From Pirellulaceae bacterium (lineage in GTDB: Bacteria; Planctomycetota; Planctomycetia; Pirellulales; Pirellulaceae): a stretch of 64,000 bases of DNA. The stretch covers positions 943,326 through 1,007,325 of the forward strand of contig CAVYFC010000008.1 in assembly GCA_963767665.1 (NCBI GenBank), read 5' to 3'. This document shows, piece after piece, positions 44,156-55,389 of the stretch. The first letter of the stretch is position 1. Each line of letters begins with the position of its first letter. The notes below the pieces were generated by a model. The model did no database searches. It was given only the letters and a program-made list of their open reading frames with translations, and had not been told where the DNA came from. Position numbers and translations under genes: made by a program.

Positions 44156-45349
44156 ATGCGCTCACCACACTCGATTCGACGCAACAACCATTCCATCACC
44201 GGGGCCGATCTCCGACTGGCCTGTCGTCAAGGCAACCAGCGTCAGGGCAACCAGCGTCAGGGCACCGCTCTGGTCTTTGGATTGATCTTAAGCATTGCCA
44301 TCGTCACGTTGACCGCCGTGACCTTGGACTTTGGCTACATCCACGTCGCAGAGACTGAGTTGCGGCGGTCGGCCGATGCAGCAGCGATGGCAGGTTGTTG
44401 GGAACTCTTCGATCGGCAACGTGCGAGCAATGCCTCCGAAGTGAGCCCAACCGAGATCATCAACGCGAGCAATGCCGTGGCTTCGTTGAATACCGTTGGC
44501 GAGCTATTGGCTCGACTTGGTGAAGACGATGTCGAGATTGGCCACTACGGATTGGATGGTTCCTGGAGTACGTCCGGTTCCTCAGATTTGAACGCGGTTC
44601 GTGTCGTGCTGCGACGACAGAACCAGATCAACGGCGAGTTGCCCCTGTTCTTTGGGCAGCTGACCGGTCGCAATCACCAGTCTCTTTCGACCACTGCGAC
44701 CGCTGCGATGTTCAATGCAATCGCAGGATTCGAGGAACCGCAAGACGCTGATGAGACGCACGAGATACTCCCCATCGCCTTGGACTTGGAGAGCTGGCTG
44801 GACGCGATCGCCAATCGAACGGTGGATGAGTTCACTCTCGGTGGCGGTGGGGTTCGATCGGGTTCCGATGGAATCTTTGAAACCAATCTCTATCCGAAAG
44901 GGACAGGATCACCCGGTAATCGAGGCACCGTGGACATCGGTGGCGCCAACAACAGCACCGCCGATCTGTCACGTCAGGTGTTGCACGGAATCTCTCAACA
45001 GGATTTCATCGACCTGGGCAGGCCGCTCGTCTTTGATGAGCACGGCGAACTCGATCTCAACGGGGACACCGGAATCAGCGCGGGGATCAAGGACGAGCTC
45101 GCGACACTGATTGGCAAGACCCGAATCATCCCGATCTATAGTCGCGTTTCTGGCAACGGGAACAACGCCATGTTCACGATCGTGAGATGGGAAGGCGTCC
45201 GCATCTTGGACGTCAAACTAACCGGCAAGAAAGACGACAAGCGAGTGATCATACAACCTGCCAAAGTAATCGGTCGAGGGACGCGTATTGATTACACGGG
45301 CACCACGACTTCAAGCCATCTCGTGACGCCCGTCATGCTGGTCGAGTAA
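44156..45349 (+). CDS. TadG-like Flp pilus assembly protein
   Basis: RQG|TALVFGL TM, LDFGYI, ELRRSADAAAMAG, NAVRV, LPLFFG, TATA. Confidence 0.85.
   Translation: MRSPHSIRRNNHSITGADLRLACRQGNQRQGNQRQGTALVFGLILSIAIVTLTAVTLDFGYIHVAETELRRSADAAAMAGCWELFDRQRASNASEVSPTEIINASNAVASLNTVGELLARLGEDDVEIGHYGLDGSWSTSGSSDLNAVRVVLRRQNQINGELPLFFGQLTGRNHQSLSTTATAAMFNAIAGFEEPQDADETHEILPIALDLESWLDAIANRTVDEFTLGGGGVRSGSDGIFETNLYPKGTGSPGNRGTVDIGGANNSTADLSRQVLHGISQQDFIDLGRPLVFDEHGELDLNGDTGISAGIKDELATLIGKTRIIPIYSRVSGNGNNAMFTIVRWEGVRILDVKLTGKKDDKRVIIQPAKVIGRGTRIDYTGTTTSSHLVTPVMLVE
44225..44264. repeat. 15-bp in-frame tandem repeat (CGTCARGGCAACCAG x2.7; RQGNQ)
   Basis: Read directly; lies just before the predicted prepilin cleavage Gly. 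Confidence 0.85.
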
Positions 45350-45376
45350 ACGAACCAACCATTGGAAACTCTATCC

Positions 45377-45802
45377 ATGAATCGCTCCACAAGCTCCTTG
45401 CGACACAAGCAACGCCGTCGTGGTGCGTCGGCAATCGAATTTGCCCTGATCGCACCCTTGATGATGATGTTCACCTTTGGATTGGTGGAGGTCGGTCGGT
45501 TGATGCTGGTGAAACAGACGGCCACCCATGCCACCAGGGAAGGTGCCCGCATCGCGGTGAGGCCAACCGCAGATACCGACGACGTGATCGCGCGAGTCCA
45601 AGCAGAGCTCGCTTTATTGCAGATCGACAATGCGATCATTGAAATTGTTCCTGAATCGATTGAAGACGCGGATCCAGGGTCCGAGGTCACCGTGAGAGTG
45701 CGAGTGGACATCGACTCGGTCAGCTGGGTCCCCGACTATTTTCAGTTCGCAGTCCCAGAGATCGTTGCGGAGTCTTCGATGAGACGAGAGAGTACGAACT
45801 AG
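45377..45802 (+). CDS. TadE family pseudopilin
   Basis: RRG|ASAIEFALIAPL..FGLVEVGR...ATREGARIA. Confidence 0.92.
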   Translation: MNRSTSSLRHKQRRRGASAIEFALIAPLMMMFTFGLVEVGRLMLVKQTATHATREGARIAVRPTADTDDVIARVQAELALLQIDNAIIEIVPESIEDADPGSEVTVRVRVDIDSVSWVPDYFQFAVPEIVAESSMRRESTN

Positions 45803-45812
45803 AGGCCTGCGA

Positions 45813-46406
45813 TCATGGCCCGAGCTCGTCCGGCGTGTTGACGTTCCTGCAGGCCCTGGCTGGCAACGGAACAAGGACCGGATCCTGGCTACTTAGCCAA
45901 CGAGATAGACTGCGGTCTTGGGAGGCTGCCGCCCTTCTCAGCGTCTCCAGGAAAGCAACTGGGTAGATCGCCACCAGTGGTTGCAACCGTCCGCTGCCCT
46001 CGTCGAGACCGCAGACAAGGTGACGAGATTGGATCCACGCATTGCGAAGTAGCCGCAGAGGATCGGCCGTTAAATCAGGCATGTCCACCGGCGTGAACAG
46101 ACAGGCATCCAACCCACGACGCTCGGCATCTGCCAGGCACTCGACCACTCCGATCATCGGCCCACGATACGAGACCGGATCCACCACGCGGCCGACGTCT
46201 TCCCTGGCGGACAGCGTCTGCCCTGGCGAAGTGGAAAGCCCAATCTCCTCACAGACGATTCGCAAACGATCGATGGCATGTTGCAGAAATGTACCGCCGT
46301 CTGGATGTGGGAGGCCCGCTTTGTCTCGGCCCATGCGGACCGAGCGGCCACCGCACAGGACCACACCTCTCAGTCGGAGTCTCGATTCGACCGACTCAGG
46401 CATCAT
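45813..46406 (-). CDS. mobA: molybdenum cofactor guanylyltransferase
   Basis: GVVLCGGRSVRMGRDKA, GPMIG, PVDMP, QPLVAIY, NVNTP. Confidence 0.92.
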   Translation of the reverse strand: MMPESVESRLRLRGVVLCGGRSVRMGRDKAGLPHPDGGTFLQHAIDRLRIVCEEIGLSTSPGQTLSAREDVGRVVDPVSYRGPMIGVVECLADAERRGLDACLFTPVDMPDLTADPLRLLRNAWIQSRHLVCGLDEGSGRLQPLVAIYPVAFLETLRRAAASQDRSLSRWLSSQDPVLVPLPARACRNVNTPDELGP

Positions 46407-46711
46407 CGCTCTTGACCACGTCCTCCACCCAAGATCTTGCCCGCATCATGGTGGGAAAGCCAATCGTCGGCGCCGACAACAGTGCGACATGGCGAAGATC
46501 ATCGGGGCTGCAACCCACTTCGATCGCCTTGCGGCAATGCGAGTGCGCCGCACCTTCCAATCCGGCACCAATCGAGATCGCCAATTTGACCAACGAGACT
46601 TCTCGTGCCGACAAGCGGTCCCGCATCTCGCGCCGCCTGGCCAAATGATTCATAGGCCTGCATCAACTCCGGATAGGTCTGATGCATCTGCTTGTAGGGT
46701 TTTGGAATCAT
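46396..46711 (-). CDS. carboxymuconolactone decarboxylase (CMD/AhpD-like) family protein; one frameshift near 46615
   Basis: MIPKPY..YPELMQAYESFG..AGPL + LVKLAISIGAGLEGAAHSHCRKA..APTIGFP. Confidence 0.85.
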
Positions 46712-48210
46712 CGGTTCGCCTTCGCAATGGAATCAACCAGGGAGAGTATGGTATGAGGGTCGGCTTCCGCAGCCACCGACAATCCAAGTTGTCGAATTGA
46801 CTCGGAGGTGATGGGGCTGATGCTGGCGATCTTCATCTGCCTCATCGCGCTTCCAAACAATCGGTTCAGGGCATTGGCCGATTCGCTGCTGGTGATGGTG
46901 ATCCAGTCGATCTCACCTTCGTGAGCGAGCTTCAGGATGTGGGGGTCGACCTCTGCGACATCGCCGTGTTGGTAGGCGACCACCTGTTTGACTTCGGCAC
47001 CCGAAGCGATGAGTGATTCGGCGAGGACATCGCGTCCGCGACTGGCTCGGATGATCAGTACCCGTTTGCCATCGATTTCGTGAGACAACTCGTCAGCCAG
47101 CGATTCAGCATGAAAATCTGTTGGGACGATATCGGGACGCAGATGGAAGTCGCCCAAGCGCAGATGCTGTCTTGCTGCCGACCGCTGCGATCGACAGCTT
47201 CGCCAGACGCCTCATGTCATGTCCCGGTCGCCCACATCCGTTCCAGGAAATGGTGGACTCCGTTGCGACTGCAGAAGACGATCAGATCCCAAGATTCGAG
47301 TGATTCGATCGCTTGGTCAACCTCGGTCCAATCGATGCGGTGGACGCGATGACGATGGCCGGTTGAACAAGACCGTGGCACCGAGTTCTCTGAAGCGGGC
47401 CGCCAGCGATTCGGCCTGTTCGGCAGGTCGCGTGACCAGGACGGTCTGGCCGGACAAGGGGACGACTGGGCAGCCAGTCACTGGTTTGGCCCAACCGTGC
47501 GACTTCGCCGACGATCACGATCACCGGAGGCCGGACCTTACTGGCGCGGGTGTAGGTAGTTGGGGACCTCACCGAGCTGGCAGCGAATGGTCCGCTGATC
47601 GGGCAGACTGCAACGGCGGATGATCGCGACCGGGGTCTGGGGAGATTTTCCCCCCTCGATCAACATCCGAGTCCAGGTTTCGGCAGTGGTGACTCCCATG
47701 TAGATCACCAGGGTCCCGGGGAATCTCGCCAAGGCATCCCAATCGAGAGCCGATTCCGATTTGCCCGGCTCTTCATGACCGGTCACCAGCGCGACCGCGG
47801 AGGCCAGTCCGCGGTGGGTGACGGGGATCCCAGCGTAGGATCCGGCCGCCAGTGCAGCGGTGATCCCGGGGACAATCTCGAAAGGAATTCCTGCCTGGTG
47901 GAGTCGCTTCCACCTCCTCGGCCGTTCTTGCGAAAACCGCTGGATCCCCCCCTTTGAGCCGAGCGACCGTCTTTCCCGATCTCGCATGGCGGAGAATTTC
48001 CTCGATGATCTCCTTTTGCCGCCAAATCCGACTCTGGCCATGTTTCCCCACGCAGATATGCTTGGCCTGCCGGGCATGACGCAGCAAATCGGCGTTGCTC
48101 AGCCCGTCGTAGAGGACGACCTCGGCGCGAGCCAGCAACTCGGCACCCCGCAACGTGAGGAGTTCTGGGGCCCCTGGGCCCGCACCGATCAGATAAACAC
48201 GACCACTCAT
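46708..48210 (-). CDS. cobA: uroporphyrinogen-III C-methyltransferase / uroporphyrinogen-III synthase fusion (frameshifted)
   Basis: [37 protein letters not shown]; then HemD motifs [24 protein letters not shown]. Confidence 0.9.
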
Positions 48211-48362
48211 AGGCCGCATTGTGCGCACTGCTTGCCAACTCTGGACAGCCGGCATCGACTCTGGACAGCGGGCAACCGGGTCGCCATACTACGCGACCGA
48301 TCAAACACAATTCCCAAGTCCGTTCGTTTCCAGCCAGATGACGTCGTTGACGTCCAATCACG

Positions 48363-48625
48363 ATGCCAAACACCGCCAGCGCCAAGAAACGACTCCGCCA
48401 GAACGAGTCCAAGCGACTCCAGAATCGCGCCGCTCGCAGCAGCCTGCGATCCCAGATTCGTCGTGTCCGAGACGCGGTCAAAGCAGGTGATTCCGCTGCG
48501 GCTCAGTCCCAGTTTCGGCTTGCTCAGAAGTCAATCGACCAGGCTGCCAGCCGCAATCTGATTCATCGCAACGCGGCCGCTCGAACCAAGAGCCGCCTGG
48601 TCGACTGGTCAAGTCAGTCGCCTAG
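48363..48625 (+). CDS. rpsT: 30S ribosomal protein S20 (frameshift near 3' end)
   Basis: MPNTASAKKRLRQNE.KRLQNR...IDQAASRNLIHRNAAARTKSRL; likely stop TAG 48623-48625. Confidence 0.95.
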
Positions 48626-48730
48626 CTGCCGCTTCGCCCTAGTCTGTCGCTCTCGCACACCTTGGTCGTGCAACGGCCGAAGCTCGGAGCGTCGCCTCTG
48701 CGACGCCGAACCGATCGGCCTCGAGCAAGG

Positions 48731-49999
48731 CTACCAGGTCAACTCGTGCGCTCGCCGAGTCGCTTCTTTGCCTCGGCCATCAACGCATCTTCTTCCGCTT
48801 CGGTATCGGCAACGTAGGTCACGCTGAAGCGAAGGTACGCGCCGGCGTCGTCCCAGGGGACCGTGACGATCCCCAATTGTTCGATCAGGTAACGCGTCGC
48901 ATCTTCAGCTGCGGAAAATTTCTCACCGGCCTCCGTTCCGGAGGGCGACTTGGTGTAGAGGAAATAACGTTCCGCCGGGCATCTGGCAATCGAACCCGCA
49001 CTCACGAGCGTCGCGACCAGTTTCTCCAAACGCCGTCGGTATTTGGCGTTGATGCGTTGCGGGATCGAGTCGTCGTCGAGCGCAGCGGCCGCCGCTTTTT
49101 GCGTGGCGATGAATTGGCCGCTGTCACTGTTGTCCTTGACATCGGCAAAGGCTGAAACGATGCGAGGGTGACCGCAAACAAAACCCATTCGCCAGCCGAT
49201 CATGTCGTAGCCCTTGCTCATCGAATGGACCTCGACACCGACGTCCATGGCACCCGGGGTTTGCAAGAAGCTACGAGGTTTTCCGTCAAAGGTGAGCAGG
49301 ATGTGAGCAGCATCTTGGACGACGACGAATTCCTTCTCCTTGGCGAGCGCGACGACTTTCTCGAAAAATTCCGGTGTTGCAGTTCGGCCCGTCGGCGAAT
49401 TCGGATAATTGATGACCAGCAACTTGGTTCGCTGATAGATGTCATCGGGTACGCGATCCAGGTCTGGCAGGAAGTTGTTCTCGGCCAGCAGTGGCAATTT
49501 GTAGACCTGACCGCCGTAGTAGCGTGTGTGGGTTCCGGCGACAGGGTATCCGGGCACCGTCATCAGCGTCACATCGCCCGGATTGATGAAGCAGGCGGGA
49601 AGCATCGCATAGGCGGGCTTGCTGCCGATGCAGTGGTTGATCTGTGTGACCGGATCGAGAGTCACATCAAAGCGTGCGCTGCATGAATCGCGCTGCGGCC
49701 TGCTTGAATTCAATCACGCCATTGTCGGCATAGCCACGATTTTCCGGCTTGTTGACCTCGGCAGCCATGACATCTCGTACCGATTGATCTGCCATGGAGT
49801 CATTCTCGCCAATGCCAAAGTCCAGCAGAGGGCGATCCGGATGATCGGCCAATGCTTTGCGCTTGGCTCGTTTGATCTTCTCGAACTTGTAGATCTCGGT
49901 GTCTTTGCCGTACTTGGCGCCACCAATGCGATCGGCGAAGAGAGATTGGAAATAGGGGTCGGCGGCGTTGGTGGTTTCGTCTTTGGTTGCGGTAGACAT
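48731..49999 (-). CDS. dapL: LL-diaminopimelate aminotransferase (frameshifted)
   Basis: FADRIGG..YGK..IYKFEKIKRAK, DFGIGE, YADNG; IGSK, INYPNSPTG, QDAAH, HSMSKGYDMIGWRMG. Confidence 0.88.
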
Positions 50000-50085
50000 G
50001 GCTCAAGAAAGAATGGGCTTTGGGGGCTGATGAATACGACACGCTGTCGCGACCAACGGATCCATGGGACGGTCATTCGACTCGA

Positions 50086-50643
50086 TCAGGTTACGTTGTT
50101 TCCAGACCCTTCGACAAGGGTGCGGTCGACCTTGCCCGCTGAGGAGCGATTGGTAGCACGGAGAATCCAACGGACGAAGAACATCGTCCCCAAGGCCCCG
50201 AATGCACCGGGTATCACCGCAATGAGCCATGACCAGGGATCGCGCACGTCAATCAGAATGACCGGGGAGCTTCCGCTGAGGAAACCGCAAATCACTGCAA
50301 AATTGCGGGCTTGGTGGGGAAGCCAGCCTTTGGAGAAAGGAATCAGCGGTGCGGCAAGGCAAAACGCCGCAAGCACCGTTGGGATGCCCGAGATCCCGGC
50401 AATCACTGCGCCGGCAAAGATCCCCACCGGCAACAGCATGACGACTTCTAGCACGTCGGTTGGCTTGGCCAGGGATAGAATGCCCGCCAAGATCAAACCG
50501 AATGTCGCCCCAGAAAGGACAATGCCTCCGAACGTCGCGGCCAACAACCCGATCGTCGGTAGATGGGGGAATCCAGCGGCTGGAAAGGGCTCCCCGTCCA
50601 ATCGAATCGGCGCGTAGGGATTGGGCTGGGGCTGATTGCTCAT
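50086..50643 (-). CDS. hypothetical membrane protein
   Basis: NPYAP N-terminal motif followed by ~4 hydrophobic helices. Confidence 0.7.
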   Translation of the reverse strand: MSNQPQPNPYAPIRLDGEPFPAAGFPHLPTIGLLAATFGGIVLSGATFGLILAGILSLAKPTDVLEVVMLLPVGIFAGAVIAGISGIPTVLAAFCLAAPLIPFSKGWLPHQARNFAVICGFLSGSSPVILIDVRDPWSWLIAVIPGAFGALGTMFFVRWILRATNRSSAGKVDRTLVEGSGNNVT

Positions 50644-50714
50644 CGTTTCACTCTGACGCGATGCCGCTACAATTTTAGAGCGTTTCCCACGATATCATTC
50701 GAAGCTGAGTCAAG

Positions 50715-51440
50715 ATGCCCCCAGCCGACCACAATACCGAAGTCGATCCGATGCGGGCTCGGTACGAGGAGCTCGCGGAGTTGGCTGGTTCCTTGGCGCA
50801 TGAAATCAAGAATCCGCTCTCGGTGATTCACATGAACATCGATTTGCTGAGCGAGGACTTGTCGGAGATGGATTCGCGCATCAGCCGTCGATCGCTGGAA
50901 CGCGTCGACATCGTGCGAGGTCAATGCGAGCGGATGGAGGCCTTGCTGCGGGATTTCCTTCGCTACACCCGGCTTCGCGATATCGATTTGGTTTCAGGCA
51001 GCTTGAATGATCAGATCGACATGGTCCTGCGCGCCTACCAGGCACAAGCGGATATCGAGGGGATCGACATCGAAAAGTATCTCGATCCGGACCTGCCGGC
51101 TATCCTGCTGCATAGCGATTCCTTGCAGGCAGCCTTGATGAATCTGATCAAGAATGCGATCGAAGCGATGCAGGGAGGTGGGCAATTGATGGTCCGTACC
51201 TACACCATGCGAAATAGTGTGGCACTTGATTTGATCGACACCGGAAGCGGCGTGGACGATGTTACGGTGCTGCACATGTTTGAACCTTTCTACAGTACCA
51301 AGGAAGGAGGTTCTGGGCTCGGTTTGCCCACCGCCCGCCGAATCATCGAGGCGCACGGAGGACGCATCAGCGTGCAAAGCGAAGTGGGGCGAGGAACGAA
51401 GTTCGTGCTCGAGTTCCCGATCCCCAAACGACTGAAGTAA
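50715..51440 (+). CDS. sensor-less histidine kinase (HisKA + HATPase)
   Basis: LAHEIKNPL, NLIKNAIEAM, DTGSG, FEPFYSTK, GSGLGL, HGG. Confidence 0.93.
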   Translation: MPPADHNTEVDPMRARYEELAELAGSLAHEIKNPLSVIHMNIDLLSEDLSEMDSRISRRSLERVDIVRGQCERMEALLRDFLRYTRLRDIDLVSGSLNDQIDMVLRAYQAQADIEGIDIEKYLDPDLPAILLHSDSLQAALMNLIKNAIEAMQGGGQLMVRTYTMRNSVALDLIDTGSGVDDVTVLHMFEPFYSTKEGGSGLGLPTARRIIEAHGGRISVQSEVGRGTKFVLEFPIPKRLK

Positions 51441-51453
51441 CCGAACGGCTACT

Positions 51454-51527
51454 GTAGGTCCGCATTTCCAAGGCGGAGATTCGCAGATTTGCTGCCCCTC
51501 TTGCGACTCTCGGAGAGACTCGCCTAC
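51454..51527. repeat. degenerate GTAG-type REP doublet / hairpin between convergent genes
   Basis: GTAGG...TCCGC-ATTTCCAAG-GCGGA...CCTAC. Confidence 0.4.
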
Positions 51528-51593
51528 GGTAGGCGGGGCAAACCGACGCGTTCATGATTCGCATTGCTGCGACTTGCCAGGATGCCCCGCGAT

Positions 51594-53766
51594 TCAAAGC
51601 TGAATCGCTTGTTCTTGATTGACGGTTTCCAGCTTTGCTTCGCAGACGGCTGCCAATTCCATTTGCACCACCCAGCGTCCATCGGCGTCGCCGTTGATGA
51701 TCCAGTGAGGCATGACGCAAACGCTCTGGTGGACCAATTCAAAACCGCCTTCGCTCTGGCTGACCGTTTCAATCGGAAACGCCCAGATTCCGCTGGGCCG
51801 ATCGATTTCGAGCGCGACATCGATACCAAGCCAGCGATCGGAAAGTCCGAGTCCTTGAACGTCATGCAAATCAAGCGATTCGCCAAGTTGTCCCAGCCGA
51901 TTTCCCGTCGCGATCGCTGAAGTAGCGATCATCAGCACCCGCTGGCAGGCCGGCAAATTCAACTCAATGGCAAAATGAAGCGGCTTGTCCGGGAGGTAGG
52001 TTCTCCAGCAGGTACGTGATTGAAAGTCGATCACTGCCGGTCATCATCGTGATCGCTTTGGTGATCGTGATCGGAATGCCCCAGGCGTTCCCGTCGCGAC
52101 GCATGTGCACCTGGGCACGATCTGACACCGCGACGGAGCTTGGTTTCAAAGGGCAGTTCAACGAAGTCGCCCCGTTCCATCGCCTCGCACTTGGCAACCG
52201 CTTCGAGAGTGGTTTCCTCGTCGTAGAAGTGGTCCATCAGGCTCTTGCGAGCGAAGCTGTCGTAGTGAAGTCGCTGATCGAGATCAGCCTGTTTGAAGAC
52301 CACGCGATCATGGATGCTGGCGACGTCATCACCAGCTGCACTCGGCCCTGCAGGACCTTGCGATGATAACTCTCCGGTCGACGCTGCAGCGTCGCGAGCA
52401 GATTGTGTGAGATCTCTCGAACGTCCAGTTCGTAAAGCCGACCGCCCCGTCCCGGTGCGATCCAGGCACAGAGGCGGTCATTGCTCAGACGAATCTCTTG
52501 CAGGCCGTCGAAATCAAAGTCATCGGCGGTTGCCTGGACACGTTCGCCACTATCCGGAGATGCGATCGAGCAGCGTGTCAGCTTCGATCAGGTGGTAGTA
52601 GATCGCATTGCGAAGGTGAGGCAGGTAAACGCCCCCGAAGGCCCCGTGCCAATACGGGCAATTGCATTGACCTCGATAAAGATGATCGCGAATCGGAGCT
52701 AGTTCGGCCGGATCGGCACCATCGGATTCGGCTTCCGCCAGCCGCCGGCTGACCGACATCATCCGAGCGTACATCTCGTTCGTTTCTTCGTACTTGGCTT
52801 TGAAGTTGCGCCAGTAACCACCACGAACAAATGACTTCAAGTCGCCCCATCGTGGCGAGTCTTCAAACTCGTGGACGACATCGTCAAATGCTTCCTGAGC
52901 CTCGACGGGAAGCGACCACTCGGTCATTTCCCGGTAACTGCAATCAGGCAAGATAGACTTTGCCAACCGGAGGCGTCTGACGGATCGCCTCACTCAGGGT
53001 GACCGTGTGCAGCCAATCTGAATTCTCCGTCAATGCGTCGAAGAAGGATCGCAACCAGCCTCGTTCATAAACATGTGACCTTGGTGTCCGGCCAGGTTCC
53101 GAACTTCTCGCCATCATCTCCGAAGGTCAGGACGGCACCCGGCGACTGCTCAGCCACTTCACGACAGTATTCGATCGTTTCGGCAGCAGGCCGGAACGGG
53201 AATGGTGTACCGCAACCGCTCCGAGCCAGGGAAAATTCGCAGCACACGACCGTCATCTTCGGTCAAGAAGTAGCCGGTGCAGTTGTTCGTCACGAAGTCC
53301 AGCAGCACGAAAGTGAAAGTCGTCCAGCACGGTGTAGTGGATTCCCGCGTCCGCCACGTCGCTGGTCAACGAAGATTCCCAGACGCGTTCTGGGGTCCAC
53401 ATCCCCTTGGGTGCCGCCCCCAGATTTCCGCTGCAGCCATGCGGCGTACGCCTGGATCTGCCCGATTCGATCTCGACGGGGCAACATCGTCAGGATCGGC
53501 TCGTACTGCGGACCTCCTACGATTTCGATGCGTCCCACTTCGACCAGCATCCGCAGTCGGTCGATGTACTCAGGGTGACGCTCGGCCAACCAGAGCATCA
53601 ACGGGCCGGACGTGTGCAAGCGAGATCTGCAGCTGGATCGTACGACTCGAATACATCCAGGAACGGGCAGGTAGCTGTCTTGATAAGCCTGCTCAAATAC
53701 GCCGTCAAAGTTGCCGATCGGCTGGTGGTTGTGCAGAACAAGGCAAAGGAAGGCTTGTGACGTCAT
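51594..53766 (-). CDS. GH57 alpha-amylase / 4-alpha-glucanotransferase with DUF1925/1926 domains (frameshifted)
   Basis: [77 protein letters not shown]. Confidence 0.9.
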
Positions 53767-54074
53767 GATCGATACAGCGGTTGGATTCGGAGACTCAGCG
53801 AAGGCAGATTGTAGGCTTCGATCGCGAGTTTCCGAATGGTGGTGGAAGATCGTTTTGGGACGGTTCACTCGGGAAATGTCGGCTTCGCAGCGAGCACGAA
53901 TTCGGCACGATCGCCGAGGTCGGCCTCATCGGTCGCCGATTGCCCAAATACTTTATCGGACGGCACGACCGTCAAAGTCCACCCGATTTGACCTTCGCAT
54001 GACCGAACAGAAGCTGGCACCCGATGGCGTGGTTTCACGGACGTGTCTTGACGCCTCGGTCCGCGAGAGCTCAC

Positions 54075-55229
54075 CGAGTCACTGCAAGCGGCGGGGGTCT
54101 TCTGCGCGGGCGCAGGCTCGGAACTTGGCTGCCGCCAATCTCGGGAAGCACCGGATTGATCATGCACTGGCTGCCCCACTCGAAGCCAGCGATTTGCGTC
54201 ATCCGGGGGAAGATCTCAATCGACCAATGGAACGAATCCGGCGGGTCGTTCGCTCCCGGCGGCTTGGTGTGAAGGCAAAAATTGTAAGCCGTTCCGGGAC
54301 GGATCTTTTCCAACCAGGCAAACGACACGCCTGACCAACCGAGCGGCCGATTCGATCGTCATGTCGTCCAAGTCTTCATAACAGGGCTTGGTGATCCAAG
54401 GTGGTGACACGAACCAGCATCGGAAGATGGCTGGCGAACGGGCAATAGGCGACCAACGACTTGTCACGCCAGACAACGTTGTCTGCGCCTTCAACTCGCC
54501 CGAACCAGGTCGCATATGCAGGCAGCAGCCGCTCGAGGCCCGATGACGAATCATGCGGTCGATCATGCCGGCCACCGCTGAGGGTATGCGGTCGGTTGCA
54601 ATCAGTTGGCTGTGGGTGTGCCGCAATGAAGCACCGGCTCTCGCACCCGCATTCTTGAACGCGGTGACATAAGCGATGCGGGGAACCTCACGCCAGTGTC
54701 GGATCCGGTCACGAAAGGCGAGGAAGGCGAGTTGGATCTCCGCCACGTCCAACTGACTCAGAGATGTCGCATGCGATCGAGACTCGATGATCACCTCGTG
54801 CCCCCGGTGAGCGGGCGACGTTGAAACAGAGAGGCCTCGCGCGGCGGCTTGGGTGAGTTCTGCGAGCAAGGCGACACTCCCTCACCGCCGGGAATTTGTT
54901 GGGTACCACGCGAACCGACCAGTCGCTCTTGGCGGCCTGGAACGAGGAGGGATCGAGCACGTCGTGGGAAGAATCGTCTTCAGCCGACTCGCCCCACCCA
55001 AACCGGCGGCGGGTGTCGCCGACTCGTTGCCTGGACAGAAGGGGCACTGGATCTGTTTGCCAACAAAGTCCTTCGGAGGGACAAATTCTTCAGGTCGCTG
55101 GATCTCGATGCGGCGCGAAGATCGTCCAGTTTCCCGTGATCGGATCAAGCCTCGATTCAACCGCGTCACGTTTGACCGAACCGACGGATCGGAGAGGCCC
55201 GTCGCCGCCTCAGGCTTGGCTTCAATCAT
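54075..55229 (-). CDS. GalT-like (HIT superfamily) hexose-1-phosphate nucleotidylyltransferase (frameshifted; end approximate)
   Basis: CPFCPGNE, WSVRVVPNKFPA, GHEVIIES, FKN.G..AGASLRHTHSQ (HxHxQ), FHWSIEIFPR..AGFEWG..INPV.PE. Confidence 0.85.
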
Positions 55230-55389
55230 GACCAATCACTCCCGGAATGCTCCTGCCCGCAGACTCCCCGTGAATTGACAGTTCGAAACCGATCGAAGAA
55301 TCGTACAGATTTCTGGCAACATTCGCAGTTCAACTGGGCAATTGGCGGCTTTTTCCGACTAGTCCGCTTGAGTCTGCTTTGCTCGCGTT

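Noticed and set aside
48600-48827. C-terminally extended S20 (154 aa in the ORF track)
   Set aside because: The extension overlaps dapL and follows an apparent indel near 48602; a normal-length stop is at 48623-48625.
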